DNA of 64,000 nt, from NCBI GenBank assembly GCA_029775855.1, contig JARVJZ010000003.1:128001-192000 (forward strand). The letters run 5' to 3'. This DNA comes from Nitrososphaeria archaeon (GTDB lineage Archaea; Thermoproteota; Nitrososphaeria; Nitrososphaerales; JAAOZN01). Shown in pieces: positions 29,028 through 39,796 of this stretch (the stretch's first letter is position 1; each line of letters starts with the position of its first letter). Both the position numbers and the translations under genes were made by a program. Under the pieces are notes generated by a model that was given only the letters and a program-made list of their open reading frames with translations, had not been told where the DNA came from and did no database searches.

Positions 29028-29729
29028 ATGTTGAGGAAACTTTCACTCGCCGTTGTTGAACCTACCTACCCAGTTAACATAGGTCACCTCGCTAGGTTGG
29101 CCAAGAACTTTGGGCTTCACTCATTAATCCTTATAGAGCCTTCATTTAAAATAGAGGAAGCCTTACCCTACGCTTCACACGGCGCCGATATTTTAAGAAA
29201 CGCAAAAGCTATGTCTCTAAAAGAGGTCTTCGAGCGTTTTGAATTAGTTATAGGCACAACATCTATACCAGGTGGTTCAAGAAACATCAAGCGCGATGTG
29301 ATATCGCCGGAAGATGCTGGAAAACGCATCTCAGAAACTAGTGGAAGCGTATGCATTCTATTAGGTAGAGAAACAACAGGTTTAACAAATAAGGAGCTCG
29401 AGCTATGTGACTTAGTAATCTCAATACCAACTGGCACGACATATAGAACTCTGAATATATCACACGCAGCAGCTATAATATTATACATAATCTATAAGTC
29501 AAGCAGCAGAAAGGTGAAAAAAGCAGAGGTGCCAAGAACTATGAAGGCACTGTTATTAGATTCTGCGGTTGAATTGGCGGAGCTATCTGGTTTTCCTAAA
29601 TATAAGGTAGGGATGCTGCGCGACTCCTTAAAGATGCTTGTAGGCAGAGGCAACCCCACGCATAGAGAACTCTCCTTAATCTTAGGATTGTTAAGAAAAG
29701 CTATCTTAGCTTTGAAGAGGCGGGGTTAG
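29028..29729 (+). CDS. trmJ: TrmJ-family SPOUT tRNA methyltransferase
   Basis: VEPTYPVNIG..AR..KNFG, GRETTGLTN.EL, LNISHA. Confidence 0.88.
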   Translation: MLRKLSLAVVEPTYPVNIGHLARLAKNFGLHSLILIEPSFKIEEALPYASHGADILRNAKAMSLKEVFERFELVIGTTSIPGGSRNIKRDVISPEDAGKRISETSGSVCILLGRETTGLTNKELELCDLVISIPTGTTYRTLNISHAAAIILYIIYKSSSRKVKKAEVPRTMKALLLDSAVELAELSGFPKYKVGMLRDSLKMLVGRGNPTHRELSLILGLLRKAILALKRRG

Positions 29730-30934
29730 CCTCCTACTTTCTCGAATATGTAAACACCTCTCATTACCATTTGACTTGGGTCTCCAACTAACAGTGGATA
29801 CTTTTTGACTGAATCCATTGAGTATAACCTCAAGCCCGCCTTACTTGCTTCTCTGCTTATGTCGAATGAGAGTATGCGTCTGCTTTTAGTCTTAACGCAA
29901 GGTAAAACAATAGCTAATCTACCCTTAGGTTTTAGGTGCTTGCTTATTGAAGGTAAGCTCCTACAGTAGATTCTGCTTGAACGCTCCAGCATTCTTTTGG
30001 CTTCTTCGTCTGTTGGCGGATGCTTTAGTGGCGGTAGAAGAATAGGCTCTGTAGCTACACCGTCAACCAACCTCCCCTTCAATATTCTACTTAGATTCTC
30101 AGCGTATCCTTGGAACAACTCAACCTTACTTCGAATACCGTATTTCTTCAAGAGCCAAGTTAGGTTTTTACGCGCCCCTTCTACTCTGCTAGATTTAGCG
30201 TCAACACCAACAATATCTAACCCTCTAATAATCGCCTCACCAAGAATGGTGCCTAAGCCACAAAAAGGATCAAGAAGTGTCTCCCCTTTACTGCAAGCGG
30301 TAAGGTTAACCAAGATCCGAGCCAACTTAGGTGGCATAGTTATCGTAGGGTCTTGCACCGGCCTACCTAGGTCTCGCTCCCTGTAGCCTATGTGATCTAC
30401 AACCGCTATGCTCTTACCTATCAACCAATCCTTTAGTTTTACTGCTACAGCTTCAAACCCTTCCTCTACAACGCGCTCCCCTTGAATCAGCTGTGAAGAT
30501 ACTTCATACTCCCAGCCAGAATCAACCTTATGTATCTTTCCTCTAAGCAACTTGGTCTTGACTACACCCTTACTCTTAAGAGCTTCTTTAATACATCCTT
30601 GTAAATCTTCGGAAAACTTTAGCGCTGAGGCTTCGCTCTCCGAGTATGTGCTTACAGCCCACTTCATTTTATCTTTCGCTGACGCTATTAATTCATCTAG
30701 ATTTAGTTTATGCACTTCATCCTCCTTTACCTCAGCGAATACTTCAGCAACCTTATGTAGCCCACCTAAACCTAACCAGAAATCTGAACTCAGATTCTCC
30801 CCTTTAAGAATGCAGCACCTACCTACCTTACCTACCACCTTAAAATTCAAGTTGGAAAGCGTAAAATATGATTCTAACTCCGCCTCTGAAAGAGCGCCGT
30901 ACGCTAGCGTAACGATATATTTTCTCTCAACCAT
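29726..30934 (-). CDS. Trm11-like SAM-dependent RNA methyltransferase
   Basis: RP..DPTITMPPKLARILVN, LLDPFCGLGTI, ATEP. Confidence 0.75.
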   Translation of the reverse strand: MVERKYIVTLAYGALSEAELESYFTLSNLNFKVVGKVGRCCILKGENLSSDFWLGLGGLHKVAEVFAEVKEDEVHKLNLDELIASAKDKMKWAVSTYSESEASALKFSEDLQGCIKEALKSKGVVKTKLLRGKIHKVDSGWEYEVSSQLIQGERVVEEGFEAVAVKLKDWLIGKSIAVVDHIGYRERDLGRPVQDPTITMPPKLARILVNLTACSKGETLLDPFCGLGTILGEAIIRGLDIVGVDAKSSRVEGARKNLTWLLKKYGIRSKVELFQGYAENLSRILKGRLVDGVATEPILLPPLKHPPTDEEAKRMLERSSRIYCRSLPSISKHLKPKGRLAIVLPCVKTKSRRILSFDISREASKAGLRLYSMDSVKKYPLLVGDPSQMVMRGVYIFEKVGG

Positions 30935-30936
30935 AC

Positions 30937-33264
30937 CTACTGAATAATGTTATGCATCAAGATGAGATCTGAAGAGAAGAGGGTAAGAGATGAAGGTATC
31001 TCAACCTTAATCGGATCCTTAAGCGACTTCCCCAAGCTCTTTTTCATATTCCAGACCCGCGAGTTAAACTCTATTATCTCATTAGTCTTCGATGTCAAGG
31101 CTCTATCCCAAACCGCCTCAGGAAACCTCTGCTTATGTATACTCTCTTCACCATACAATCTACACCAAAAGTAGTCTGTTATGAAAGGCGTTATCGGCGC
31201 TTGAAGAAGGAGAATGCTCTTCATACAAGTATGTAAAGTCGACCAAGCAGCCCTCTGCCCAGCTGGGTCATCAGCCTTATATGCCCTAGGCTTAACCATC
31301 TCAACATAATGTGATGCAAAGATGTTCCAAACGAACTCACGAAGCCGATTAGCGGGTATAAAGAAGTTAAAATCTCGATAACCCTCCATGCAAGCATCCA
31401 CCAGATTCGACAGCTCAGCCAAGATCCACATATCCGTAGGTTTAAGCTCGCATTCCTCCACAACAGGGAAACTCGAAATAAATCTAAATAAATTCCAAAG
31501 CTTCGTCATATACTTCTGCATAGAAGCTATCTTTGCCTCAGAGCATCTGAAATCAGATCCTAAGCTCGCCTCTGAAGCAGACCACATCCTAAACGAATCA
31601 GCACCATACTTTTTAAGAATAGGGATAGGATCTAAGACATTTCCTTTGCTCTTACTCATCCTCTCCCCCTTCTCATCAACCCCATACCCCATTATCCAAG
31701 CGTGTTTAAACGGCGCTTTGCCAGTTAGCTGATAACACCTAAGTACAGTGTAGTGAAGCCAAGTTCTAATGATATCTTTACCCTGAGGCCTTAGTGTTGC
31801 TGGGTAAGCCTTCTTGAAGAGTTCATTATTATACCTGTAGCCTGAGATGAAGAGCGGTGAGATGCTGGAATCCATCCAAGTGTCAAATGTTCGAGTATCA
31901 CCTATAAACTCCTTTCCGCCACAACGCTTACATGAGTCAAATGGGCTCTTATCGCACCAAGGACGATAGTAGTTCCCCACTTCAGGCACATGAGGCTCAC
32001 CGCACACTTTACAGTACCAAACTGGGATTTCCGTAGCATAAACTCTTCTTCTTGAAATCGGCCAATCTATGTTAAGCGAAGCAAGCCAGTTTAGGTATAG
32101 CTGCCTATGCTCCTCTGGATGGAAGATGAGCTGCTCAGCTATCTTTTTTAACTCTGGAACATATTCAAGCTGCTTCAAGTAGAACTCCATCATAGGTATT
32201 ATCTCAATTGGTGTTTTACTACGCTCACATATAGGTGTTCTATGCATTATCAACTCTTCCCTCACAAGTAGCCCTCTTGAAGAAAGGTCTTCAGTGATCT
32301 TTGATCTTGCCTCACTTACGGTAAGACCGGCATAGGCTCCAGCGCTACTTGTCATCTTACCGCTCTCATCTATAGCTATAATCTCCTTCAACCCAAGTTC
32401 CCTAAAGATGAGCACATCCGTATAATCACCGTAGCTGCAGACCATCACCACACCTGTGCCGAACTCAGGCTTAACGGAAGGATGAGGCCTAATCTCAACT
32501 TCACGCCCAAAGATCGGTACTATCGCGTGTTTCCACCACAACTTCTTATATCTCTCATCAAGCGGATGCACCACCACCAATCCGCATGAGCAGAGAAGTT
32601 CTGGGCGTGTAGTAGCTATTATTAGGTCTTCTCCGCTCTCCTTGACTTTGAATTTAATGTAAAGGAGCTTAGTTGGGCGCTCCTCGTAAACCACTTCAGC
32701 ATCGGCTATCGTCGTTTTACAGTCTACACAATAGTTGTTGGGTCTGGTAGCCATATAGATGAGCCCCCGCTTCCAGAGTTCTATGAATGTCTCTTGAGTC
32801 AACCTCCTGTATTCAATAGAGTCTGTCCTATAGTAATGTTCAAAGTCTCCACTCATGCCCATACTCTTCATAACCTCAAGCATCTCAGCTTCCAGATCAT
32901 CAAGCGCGTGCCTACAGAGCTCTATGAATTTCTCGCGAGGTAGATCATGCATCTTAACCTTATACTTCCGCTCAGTATAGATCTCCACGGGCAAGCCATT
33001 ACGGTCTATTCCTATCGGGAAGTATGTCTCATAGCCCATCATACGAGCCGTTCTAGCTATCATATCTATCTGAGCATAGTGAGATGCTGCACCTATGTGC
33101 CAAGGTCTACCAGAGGGGTAGGGTGGAGGTGTATCTATAACAAAGATCTCCTTCCCGCTATTAGGGTTGAAAGTATAAACTCTCTTAGCTACCCAGCTTT
33201 CAGCGACCTCCTTCTCTAGTGCATGGTCCCAGCGCTTCTCCTCAATCTTCGGCTTTAGCTCCAT
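30937..33264 (-). CDS. valS: Valine--tRNA ligase
   Basis: DTPPPYPSG..HIG, DTWMDSS, RPQGKDIIRTW, RMSKSKGN. ATG 33264 follows a GGAGGG SD. Confidence 0.96.
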   Translation of the reverse strand: MELKPKIEEKRWDHALEKEVAESWVAKRVYTFNPNSGKEIFVIDTPPPYPSGRPWHIGAASHYAQIDMIARTARMMGYETYFPIGIDRNGLPVEIYTERKYKVKMHDLPREKFIELCRHALDDLEAEMLEVMKSMGMSGDFEHYYRTDSIEYRRLTQETFIELWKRGLIYMATRPNNYCVDCKTTIADAEVVYEERPTKLLYIKFKVKESGEDLIIATTRPELLCSCGLVVVHPLDERYKKLWWKHAIVPIFGREVEIRPHPSVKPEFGTGVVMVCSYGDYTDVLIFRELGLKEIIAIDESGKMTSSAGAYAGLTVSEARSKITEDLSSRGLLVREELIMHRTPICERSKTPIEIIPMMEFYLKQLEYVPELKKIAEQLIFHPEEHRQLYLNWLASLNIDWPISRRRVYATEIPVWYCKVCGEPHVPEVGNYYRPWCDKSPFDSCKRCGGKEFIGDTRTFDTWMDSSISPLFISGYRYNNELFKKAYPATLRPQGKDIIRTWLHYTVLRCYQLTGKAPFKHAWIMGYGVDEKGERMSKSKGNVLDPIPILKKYGADSFRMWSASEASLGSDFRCSEAKIASMQKYMTKLWNLFRFISSFPVVEECELKPTDMWILAELSNLVDACMEGYRDFNFFIPANRLREFVWNIFASHYVEMVKPRAYKADDPAGQRAAWSTLHTCMKSILLLQAPITPFITDYFWCRLYGEESIHKQRFPEAVWDRALTSKTNEIIEFNSRVWNMKKSLGKSLKDPIKVEIPSSLTLFSSDLILMHNIIQ

Positions 33265-33401
33265 CGCCCTCCACCGCACTGCGCAATGCAGAGTTAAATA
33301 AACTCTTTTCAAACCAAGATAATAGTACATAAATACACTTCAAAAGAAGAGAAAACAGTTATCTTTACATACAGCGCATTATAGGGTGCAGATGAACCAC
33401 C

Positions 33402-34655
33402 TTGGGCAAAACAATAGCTGAAAAGATAATAAGCGAACACGCAGAAAGAAATGTCTCCGCTGGTGAAACAGCTATAGTGAAAGTTGACTACACCTTCACA
33501 CACGACGCCAGCGGCCCCCTATTTATAAAGCAGCTAAAGGAACTAGGTACAACAAAGCTGCATAATCCTAAACACACAATAATCTTTATAGACCATGCTG
33601 TCCCCAGCCCAAGAAAAGAAATCTCAAACGAACAAAACCTCTTAAGAAAGTTTGCAGCCGAAGCAGGATGCATATTCCACGAAGCAGGTTCAGGCATATG
33701 CCACCAACTTATAGCAGAATACTATGCTTCACCAGGACAAATTATAGTTGGCACAGATTCGCACACAGTTACAGCGGGTGCGCTAACAGCTTTCGCTACA
33801 GGAATGGGTGCAACAGATGTTGCCGTTGCTGCTGCGTTAGGTAAAACTTGGTTCCGTGTTCCAGAAACCTTCGCTATTCAAGTAGATGGTAAGCTTCAAA
33901 AGGGGGTATATGGGAAGGATATTATACTTCACCTTATCGGCGTGTTAGGTGCTGACGGCGCAACATACAAAGCTCTTGAGTTCATTGGTAGCACCATAGA
34001 TACACTACCTATGTCTGAAAGGCTAGTGTTATGCAACATGGTCGTTGAAGCTGGTGCTAAAGCGGGTTTTATTCCATCTGATGAAGTTACTAGAAGATAC
34101 TTGGCGGAGCGAGGTAGAGCCAAAGAGTTTAGAGAGATTAGGAGTGATAGCGATGCAAATTACGAGCGCGTGATAAAGATAGATGCCTCAATCCTTGAAC
34201 CGCAAGTAGCGTGCCCTCACTCTGTTGATAACGTTAAGCCGATAAGCAAAGTTGAGCCAGTCAAAGTTGACATAGTATTCATAGGAAGCTGCACAAACGC
34301 TAGACTAGAAGACCTACATATCGCAGCAGCCATATTGAATGGTAAAAAGATACACCCAGAAACTAGGTTGATAGTCACACCAGCCTCAAAAGAAATTTAC
34401 AGTAAAGCCATGGCTGATGGCACATTAAACACATTGATGGATGCAGGCGCGTTGATAACACCTCCTGGCTGTGGTCTGTGCTTCGGTGCACTAGGAGGCA
34501 TTCCAGCAGACGCCGAAGTTGTATTTACAACAACGAACCGCAACTTCGTAGGTAGAACCGGTAATCCTAATGCATTTACCTATCTAGGCTCACCGGCTAC
34601 AGCAGCAGCAACCGCTTTAAAAGGCAGAATAACAGACCCCAGAGAAGTGATGTAG
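33402..34655 (+). CDS. leuC: 3-isopropylmalate dehydratase large subunit
   Basis: DH, GICHQ, DSHT, GSCTN, PGCGLC, TNRNF.GR. Confidence 0.92.
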   Translation: MGKTIAEKIISEHAERNVSAGETAIVKVDYTFTHDASGPLFIKQLKELGTTKLHNPKHTIIFIDHAVPSPRKEISNEQNLLRKFAAEAGCIFHEAGSGICHQLIAEYYASPGQIIVGTDSHTVTAGALTAFATGMGATDVAVAAALGKTWFRVPETFAIQVDGKLQKGVYGKDIILHLIGVLGADGATYKALEFIGSTIDTLPMSERLVLCNMVVEAGAKAGFIPSDEVTRRYLAERGRAKEFREIRSDSDANYERVIKIDASILEPQVACPHSVDNVKPISKVEPVKVDIVFIGSCTNARLEDLHIAAAILNGKKIHPETRLIVTPASKEIYSKAMADGTLNTLMDAGALITPPGCGLCFGALGGIPADAEVVFTTTNRNFVGRTGNPNAFTYLGSPATAAATALKGRITDPREVM

Positions 34656-35147
34656 TTGGCTGGTAGAGCGTGGAAGTTTGGGGATAACATAAGCACAGAT
34701 CACATAGCCCCAGGAAGGTACTTTCATTTAAGATCTAATCTCGATGAGTTGGCTAGGCACGTGCTTGAAGATGCTAGACCGGATTTCCCTACGAATGTTA
34801 AGAAGGGGGATTTTGTAGTTGCTGGTGTTAACTTCGGGTTGGGTTCTAGTAGAGAGCACGCGCCGACTATAATAAAGTTGGTTGGGGTTGAGGCGGTTTT
34901 AGCTAAATCGTTCGCAAGAATCTTTTACAGAAACGCTGTAAACATAGGTCTACCTGTCGTGATCTGTGATACCTCTCTGATAGATGACGGCGACCTACTT
35001 ACCATCGACCTATCCTCTGGTGTAGTGTTTAACCACACGAAGAACTTGAAGATACGCTTCCCACCCTTACCAGCTGCTATGAAGAAAATACTCGATGAAG
35101 GCGGGCTTATACCGTATGTCAAACGCTTTGGAGACCTTCCGCTCTAA
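34656..35147 (+). CDS. leuD: 3-isopropylmalate dehydratase small subunit
   Basis: GDNISTD.I.P, NFGLGSSREHA, SFARIFYRN. Confidence 0.93.
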   Translation: MAGRAWKFGDNISTDHIAPGRYFHLRSNLDELARHVLEDARPDFPTNVKKGDFVVAGVNFGLGSSREHAPTIIKLVGVEAVLAKSFARIFYRNAVNIGLPVVICDTSLIDDGDLLTIDLSSGVVFNHTKNLKIRFPPLPAAMKKILDEGGLIPYVKRFGDLPL

Positions 35148-35488
35148 GCGTAGAGCCTCCACGTATATTCACATTTAGTGCAGCGGTAAAACTGTGTAGT
35201 AGGCTCATCCCCACCTCTAGTCTGGAGGAACCACCAGTAAGCTTCATTATTATGACACTTTGGGCATTCTATATTAGTTGTAGGCATAGGCTTTATTTCG
35301 AGCTCCTTATCTCCAACCACTTTAATCGGCGTACTTTGTTCGGTTTCCTTAACTATGGCTTTTGTAGCGCTTTTAGCTACTGGCTCCCAGTAGCCGCACT
35401 TATCGCAGGCTAAAGCTAGTTCACTTTTAGCCTCCATCTTCACATGTCTATATCGGAGCTTTGTTCCACATTTAGGGCAGAACTTCAT
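35144..35488 (-). CDS. tfs: Transcription elongation factor TFS (RpoM family)
   Basis: FCPKCG, CPKC..QTRGGDEPTT.FYRC..C. Confidence 0.93.
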   Translation of the reverse strand: MKFCPKCGTKLRYRHVKMEAKSELALACDKCGYWEPVAKSATKAIVKETEQSTPIKVVGDKELEIKPMPTTNIECPKCHNNEAYWWFLQTRGGDEPTTQFYRCTKCEYTWRLYA

Positions 35489-35772
35489 TGTAATCCGCCT
35501 TTCTTTAATGTATCTTCTGTCTTATTAAGCAGCTCTTTTATCGTCTCAGAGGCTTTCTTTACAGTCTTTGCTAAAATTTTAGTAGGCTCGGTTTTACTTC
35601 GTATAGTTAGTGTGGTTTCAGCCAACAGAGGGTGGGTTGGGGCTACTGCTGCGAAGACTATGCCGCTTTCTTTAAGAAGTTCATGGTGAAGTATGTCAGC
35701 TAACGCTACATCTTCGTCTACGAACCTTACTTCCAAAATGTTGTCTTTCTTAGAGAGGTGAGTAGGCATCAT
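35485..35772 (-). CDS. rpo11: RNA polymerase subunit Rpo11 (L)
   Basis: ED..LADIL..ELL...V.FA...HPL; adjacent to TFS. Confidence 0.82.
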   Translation of the reverse strand: MMPTHLSKKDNILEVRFVDEDVALADILHHELLKESGIVFAAVAPTHPLLAETTLTIRSKTEPTKILAKTVKKASETIKELLNKTEDTLKKGGLQ

Positions 35773-35857
35773 GAGTGCCTCTGCTCTGCCTTAGATAAAA
35801 CCCTTTCTACTCTCCGTATAAGCTTTAAATATGGTATGATAAGAGCATTTGAGGGGT

Positions 35858-36217
35858 ATGGGCTCAGACCTACTACTTATTTTATTTACCGCCGCATTTG
35901 CTGCCGCAGCTTCTGTGCCTATGATTATTATACCACTAATAATTTCACCTAAAAAACCTACAAAACCAAAGGAAATGCAATATGAATGTGGGCAGATCCC
36001 AAGCGGCGCTGGCAAGATGTCGTTGATGATGCAGTACTACGCATATCTTCTTATGTTCGTCGCTTTCGACGTTATGTCTATGTTCCTTTTCGCCTGGGGT
36101 CTATCTATTCAAACAGTTGGCTTAAACGGCTTCTTTGTCGTGGTCTTGTTTATCGGCTTGTTGCTGGTTCCGTTAGGTTTTACGCTTTATCATGCTGGGA
36201 GGCGTGAAATATGGTGA
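35858..36217 (+). CDS. nuoA: Complex I subunit A
   Basis: K.MQYECG, QYYAYLLMFVAFDV, three TM helices. Confidence 0.92.
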   Translation: MGSDLLLILFTAAFAAAASVPMIIIPLIISPKKPTKPKEMQYECGQIPSGAGKMSLMMQYYAYLLMFVAFDVMSMFLFAWGLSIQTVGLNGFFVVVLFIGLLLVPLGFTLYHAGRREIW

Positions 36218-36283
36218 ATACACTATTCGTATTCAACGCTCATTTTACCCTCTTGCCTTTAGATTAAAGAGGACGATGACACT

Positions 36284-37432
36284 ATGGCTTTAATTAGAAA
36301 TCTCCTAGAATTCTTAATTAGGATAGCAATTTTGGTCGTGATTATAATCATTTTAATACCTATTCTTCTTTTGGCAGCGTATCATCTGCTTGGACCCACT
36401 TTCCCTATAGAGCCCTCGATGCTACTTGATCCTTCCGAGACTTTAGCGTTCACCTTAAAACTTATGGATACAGACCTCTTTAGGATTACCGTCTTCCCAG
36501 GCTTTACGTTTGTTGCGTTGTATGCAGCTATTGCTGGGTTATGGGAGCGGAAGCTTCTTGCTAAGATGCAGCTTCGTGTGGGTCCTCTGTATGCGGGTAG
36601 ATTTGAAGGGATTCTTCAACCGATTGCTGATGTTTTAAAGCTGCTCTCTAAGGAGTTGGTTATTCCAAAAGTCGTTGATAGGTTCTTCTATATTCTTGCT
36701 CCTCTCCTTACGGTAATCATAGCTACTGCTGCTGTTGCTGTTATACCAGTCACTGATAAGTGGGTCATCGCAAGGTCTGATGTTGGTGTGCTAGTCATAT
36801 TTGCTGTGCTCGGATTCTTTCCAATAACTGCTTTGATGGCTGCTTGGTCTTCTAACAGCAGATACCCTTTGCTCGGCGGTCTTAGGGCACTGCATCAGAT
36901 GGTGTCTTACGAGATTCCACTCATACTTTCGGCGCTTGCACCTGTTGTTTACGCCGGCTCGTTGAACCTAATAGATATTGTGAGGGTGCAGTCAAGCGTC
37001 TGGTTTATACTGTTGGCTCCGGTCTCAGCTATCGTCTTCTTAGTCTGCGCCTTAGCGGAGCTTGAGAGGATCCCCTTTGATCTCCCTGAAGCTGAGCCCG
37101 AGTTGGTTTCAGGTTGGTTGACTGAATATGGTGGGATGAACTTTGGCTTGATCTTGGGTATCGCTGTTTACATCAAGTTGTATGTGCTTTCAGCCCTCTT
37201 TACGCTTCTTTTCTTAGGTGGTTGGCTTGGGCCTGCGTTTCTACCACCAGAGTTCTGGTTCATATTGAAGAGCTTTATCGTAACAACGCTTCTACTAATT
37301 CCTCGAGGAGTTTTCCCACGGCTTAGGATAGATCTGCTTCTTAAGCAGAGTTGGGCACGCTACCTTATACTCGCGCTCTTGAATCTTTTAGTGGCTGCTT
37401 TGGTGGTCTTAAGTGGGTTTAGCTTAAGATAG
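36284..37432 (+). CDS. nuoH: Complex I subunit H (N-terminally extended)
   Basis: ERKLLAKMQLRVGP, QPIADVLKLLSKE, RIPFDLPEAEPELV.G..TEY. Confidence 0.95.
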   Translation: MALIRNLLEFLIRIAILVVIIIILIPILLLAAYHLLGPTFPIEPSMLLDPSETLAFTLKLMDTDLFRITVFPGFTFVALYAAIAGLWERKLLAKMQLRVGPLYAGRFEGILQPIADVLKLLSKELVIPKVVDRFFYILAPLLTVIIATAAVAVIPVTDKWVIARSDVGVLVIFAVLGFFPITALMAAWSSNSRYPLLGGLRALHQMVSYEIPLILSALAPVVYAGSLNLIDIVRVQSSVWFILLAPVSAIVFLVCALAELERIPFDLPEAEPELVSGWLTEYGGMNFGLILGIAVYIKLYVLSALFTLLFLGGWLGPAFLPPEFWFILKSFIVTTLLLIPRGVFPRLRIDLLLKQSWARYLILALLNLLVAALVVLSGFSLR

Positions 37433-37434
37433 AG

Positions 37435-37932
37435 GTGTTCCAGTTGGTTGATTTTGTGTTTGCTGCTCTTGCTATAATAACTATTGTTTCGGCTATTTTG
37501 GCTTTGGAGGCTAAGGAGGTTGTTTACGGCGCTGTAGCGTTGGCTCTATCATTTGTTGGAATAGCTGGCTTCTTTGCGTTGTTAGATGCGGTCTTCCTCG
37601 CGATGTTTCAACTTACCGTATATGTGGGTGCAATAGCTGTACTCATACTCTTCACTGTTATGCTTGTAAGGAGAGAGCAGTGGTTGAAGATAAAGGAGGG
37701 TGTCTATAGGACTGCTGGTGTAGTAGCGGCCGTAATAATAGCGTTAGGTTTAGGATACCTAGTTTACGCATCCGCATTTACTCACGCTACGCCTACGCTT
37801 GAGCAAGCGCCTTTTACTTTGCTCGGTCCTTTGATTCTTTCAGATTATTGGGCTGCTTTGGTTGCTTTATCGCTCGTGCTGGCTTCAGCTGTTATCGGCG
37901 CTGTGGTTTTGGCTAAGTTGGAGAGGGATTGA
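37435..37932 (+). CDS. nuoJ: Complex I subunit J
   Basis: LDAVFLAMFQLTVYVGAIAVLILFTVML. Confidence 0.93.
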   Translation: MFQLVDFVFAALAIITIVSAILALEAKEVVYGAVALALSFVGIAGFFALLDAVFLAMFQLTVYVGAIAVLILFTVMLVRREQWLKIKEGVYRTAGVVAAVIIALGLGYLVYASAFTHATPTLEQAPFTLLGPLILSDYWAALVALSLVLASAVIGAVVLAKLERD

Positions 37933-38243
37933 TCTTGGAGCCGCTTGTAAACTACTTGTTCGTCTCTGTTGTTCTCTTCGCTATAGGTGTTTATGGCTTG
38001 GTAACTAAGAAGAATGCCCTTAGAATGCTCTTTGCTGTTGAAATATTGATTAACTCCGCGAACTTGAATTTTGTGGCTTTTACCCGTTATCTACATCCAA
38101 CATCGGTAACTGGGCAAGCGCTGGCTATGTTCTCCATATCCTTGGCTGCGGCTGAAGCCGCTGTTGGGTTGGCTATCATCTTGGCTGTGTTTAGGTTGAG
38201 GAAGGATGTTGATGTTTCTGAGATCAAGGGGTTGAGAGGTTAG
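37929..38243 (+). CDS. nuoK: Complex I subunit K
   Basis: AVEILINSANL, AAAEAAVGLAI. Confidence 0.95.
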   Translation: MILEPLVNYLFVSVVLFAIGVYGLVTKKNALRMLFAVEILINSANLNFVAFTRYLHPTSVTGQALAMFSISLAAAEAAVGLAIILAVFRLRKDVDVSEIKGLRG

Positions 38244-38248
38244 GGTCT

Positions 38249-39796
38249 ATGATGATCAATCCCTTACTCCAAGCAGTCTTCTTACCTATAATCCTTTCAC
38301 CTATTGTGTATCTAATTGGTAGGCGAATAGGCAGTAAAGTTGGATGGCTCTCGTTTATTGTATTGGCGTATTCAACTCTGCTCATAATCTACGCAGCGTC
38401 AACAAAACCAGATTACTTTGAATTCTACTCTTGGCAACCCTTTGGAGTCTTTGGGTTGAGGCTTGATGGTCTTAGCCTACCCTTCGCAATAACGATATAC
38501 CTTCTTTCAACAGTTTTAGCTGTCTACTCTATACCCTACATGACGCATCGAATCGAAGAGGAGTTTGAAGAGCAACACTTAGTCTACTCAAAACACGGTT
38601 TATACCAAGCACTATACCTCACTTATGCATCAGGCATGTTAGGCACAGTTTTGGCTACTAACCTAATACAGTTCTACATATTCTTCGAGATTATGTTAAT
38701 TCCATCTTACTTTCTTATCGCTGAATTCGGCTATGGTGATAGGGCTAGAATATCACTTATGTACTTTTTATGGACGCATATTGGCGCCCTACTGCTTTTA
38801 GCCGGGATATTGACTACCGTGTTTCTTTCTACACTGTATGGTGGTGTTGTTCTCACCTTCGATATGGTTCACCTCCAACCTTCAGGAGAATTGGTCAAGA
38901 GTTTTGACACTTCTTCTATTCCCATAACCTATATTCAAGCTATAGCGGTTCTCATAACGGTTGGGCTTTTTGTCAAACTTGCCTCATTCGGTTTGCATAT
39001 ATGGCTTCCTTATGCGCACGCTGAAGCGCCTACACCTATAAGCGCTCTGCTTTCACCAGCCATGATCGGTATAGGTGGTTATGCTTATCTTAGGATTCTA
39101 CTCTATCTTCTACCTTTAGCGTATGAATATGTTTTATTCGCTATAAGCATCTGGGGCCTAGTAACCATAATCTACGGCGGGCTTATGGCTTTTATGCAAG
39201 ATGATGTAAAGCGCCTTTTAGCGTACTCGAGTGTAAGCCAGATGGGCTACATAATCTTCGGAATCGCATCAACCTTTTACATAGGTATATCAGGCTCTGT
39301 GCTGCATTATGTGAGCCACGGCACAGGCAAAGCAATCCTCTTTATGGTAGCAGGCGCGATAATTCTTCAAGCACATGGTTTAAGGAGCATAAGCAAGATG
39401 GGTGGTTTAGCTAAGAAGCTTCCTATAACCGCAACAGCCGCCTTAATTGGCTTCCTAACGATAATGGGAATACCACCTACCAACGGCTTTCAATCTGAAT
39501 GGATGATCTTCTACGGCTCATTTGCTGGTGCAATAGAGCGTGGTGACTTCGCTAAAACTATCGTAAGCGGGATAGCGCTTTTCGCTACTCCTCTAACCGC
39601 AGGCTACTCATTATGGTTAATGAAGCGTGTCTTTTTCGGCAAACTTCCAGAGAGTCTCAAAGATGTTAAAGAGGCGCCTCTAACGGTCACTGTTCCGCTA
39701 CTAGTTTTAGCTGTAACTGGGCTGCTTATAGGTGTGTATCCGACTATTTTTACTGAAAGGCTTTTCCCAGCTGTGCAGATGCTTCTAGGAGGTTGA
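38249..39796 (+). CDS. nuoM: Complex I antiporter-like subunit M (copy 1)
   Basis: FYIFFE, HIWLPYAHAEAPTPISALL, AYSSVSQMGY. Confidence 0.88.
   Translation: MMINPLLQAVFLPIILSPIVYLIGRRIGSKVGWLSFIVLAYSTLLIIYAASTKPDYFEFYSWQPFGVFGLRLDGLSLPFAITIYLLSTVLAVYSIPYMTHRIEEEFEEQHLVYSKHGLYQALYLTYASGMLGTVLATNLIQFYIFFEIMLIPSYFLIAEFGYGDRARISLMYFLWTHIGALLLLAGILTTVFLSTLYGGVVLTFDMVHLQPSGELVKSFDTSSIPITYIQAIAVLITVGLFVKLASFGLHIWLPYAHAEAPTPISALLSPAMIGIGGYAYLRILLYLLPLAYEYVLFAISIWGLVTIIYGGLMAFMQDDVKRLLAYSSVSQMGYIIFGIASTFYIGISGSVLHYVSHGTGKAILFMVAGAIILQAHGLRSISKMGGLAKKLPITATAALIGFLTIMGIPPTNGFQSEWMIFYGSFAGAIERGDFAKTIVSGIALFATPLTAGYSLWLMKRVFFGKLPESLKDVKEAPLTVTVPLLVLAVTGLLIGVYPTIFTERLFPAVQMLLGG

Noticed and set aside
33265-33330. 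N-terminal extension of valS (MYYYLG...)
   Set aside because: It spans the promoter-like region; the SD precedes ATG 33264
36214-36267. 17-codon ORF after nuoA as a possible nuoB remnant
   Set aside because: No recognisable similarity to NuoB, NuoC or NuoD
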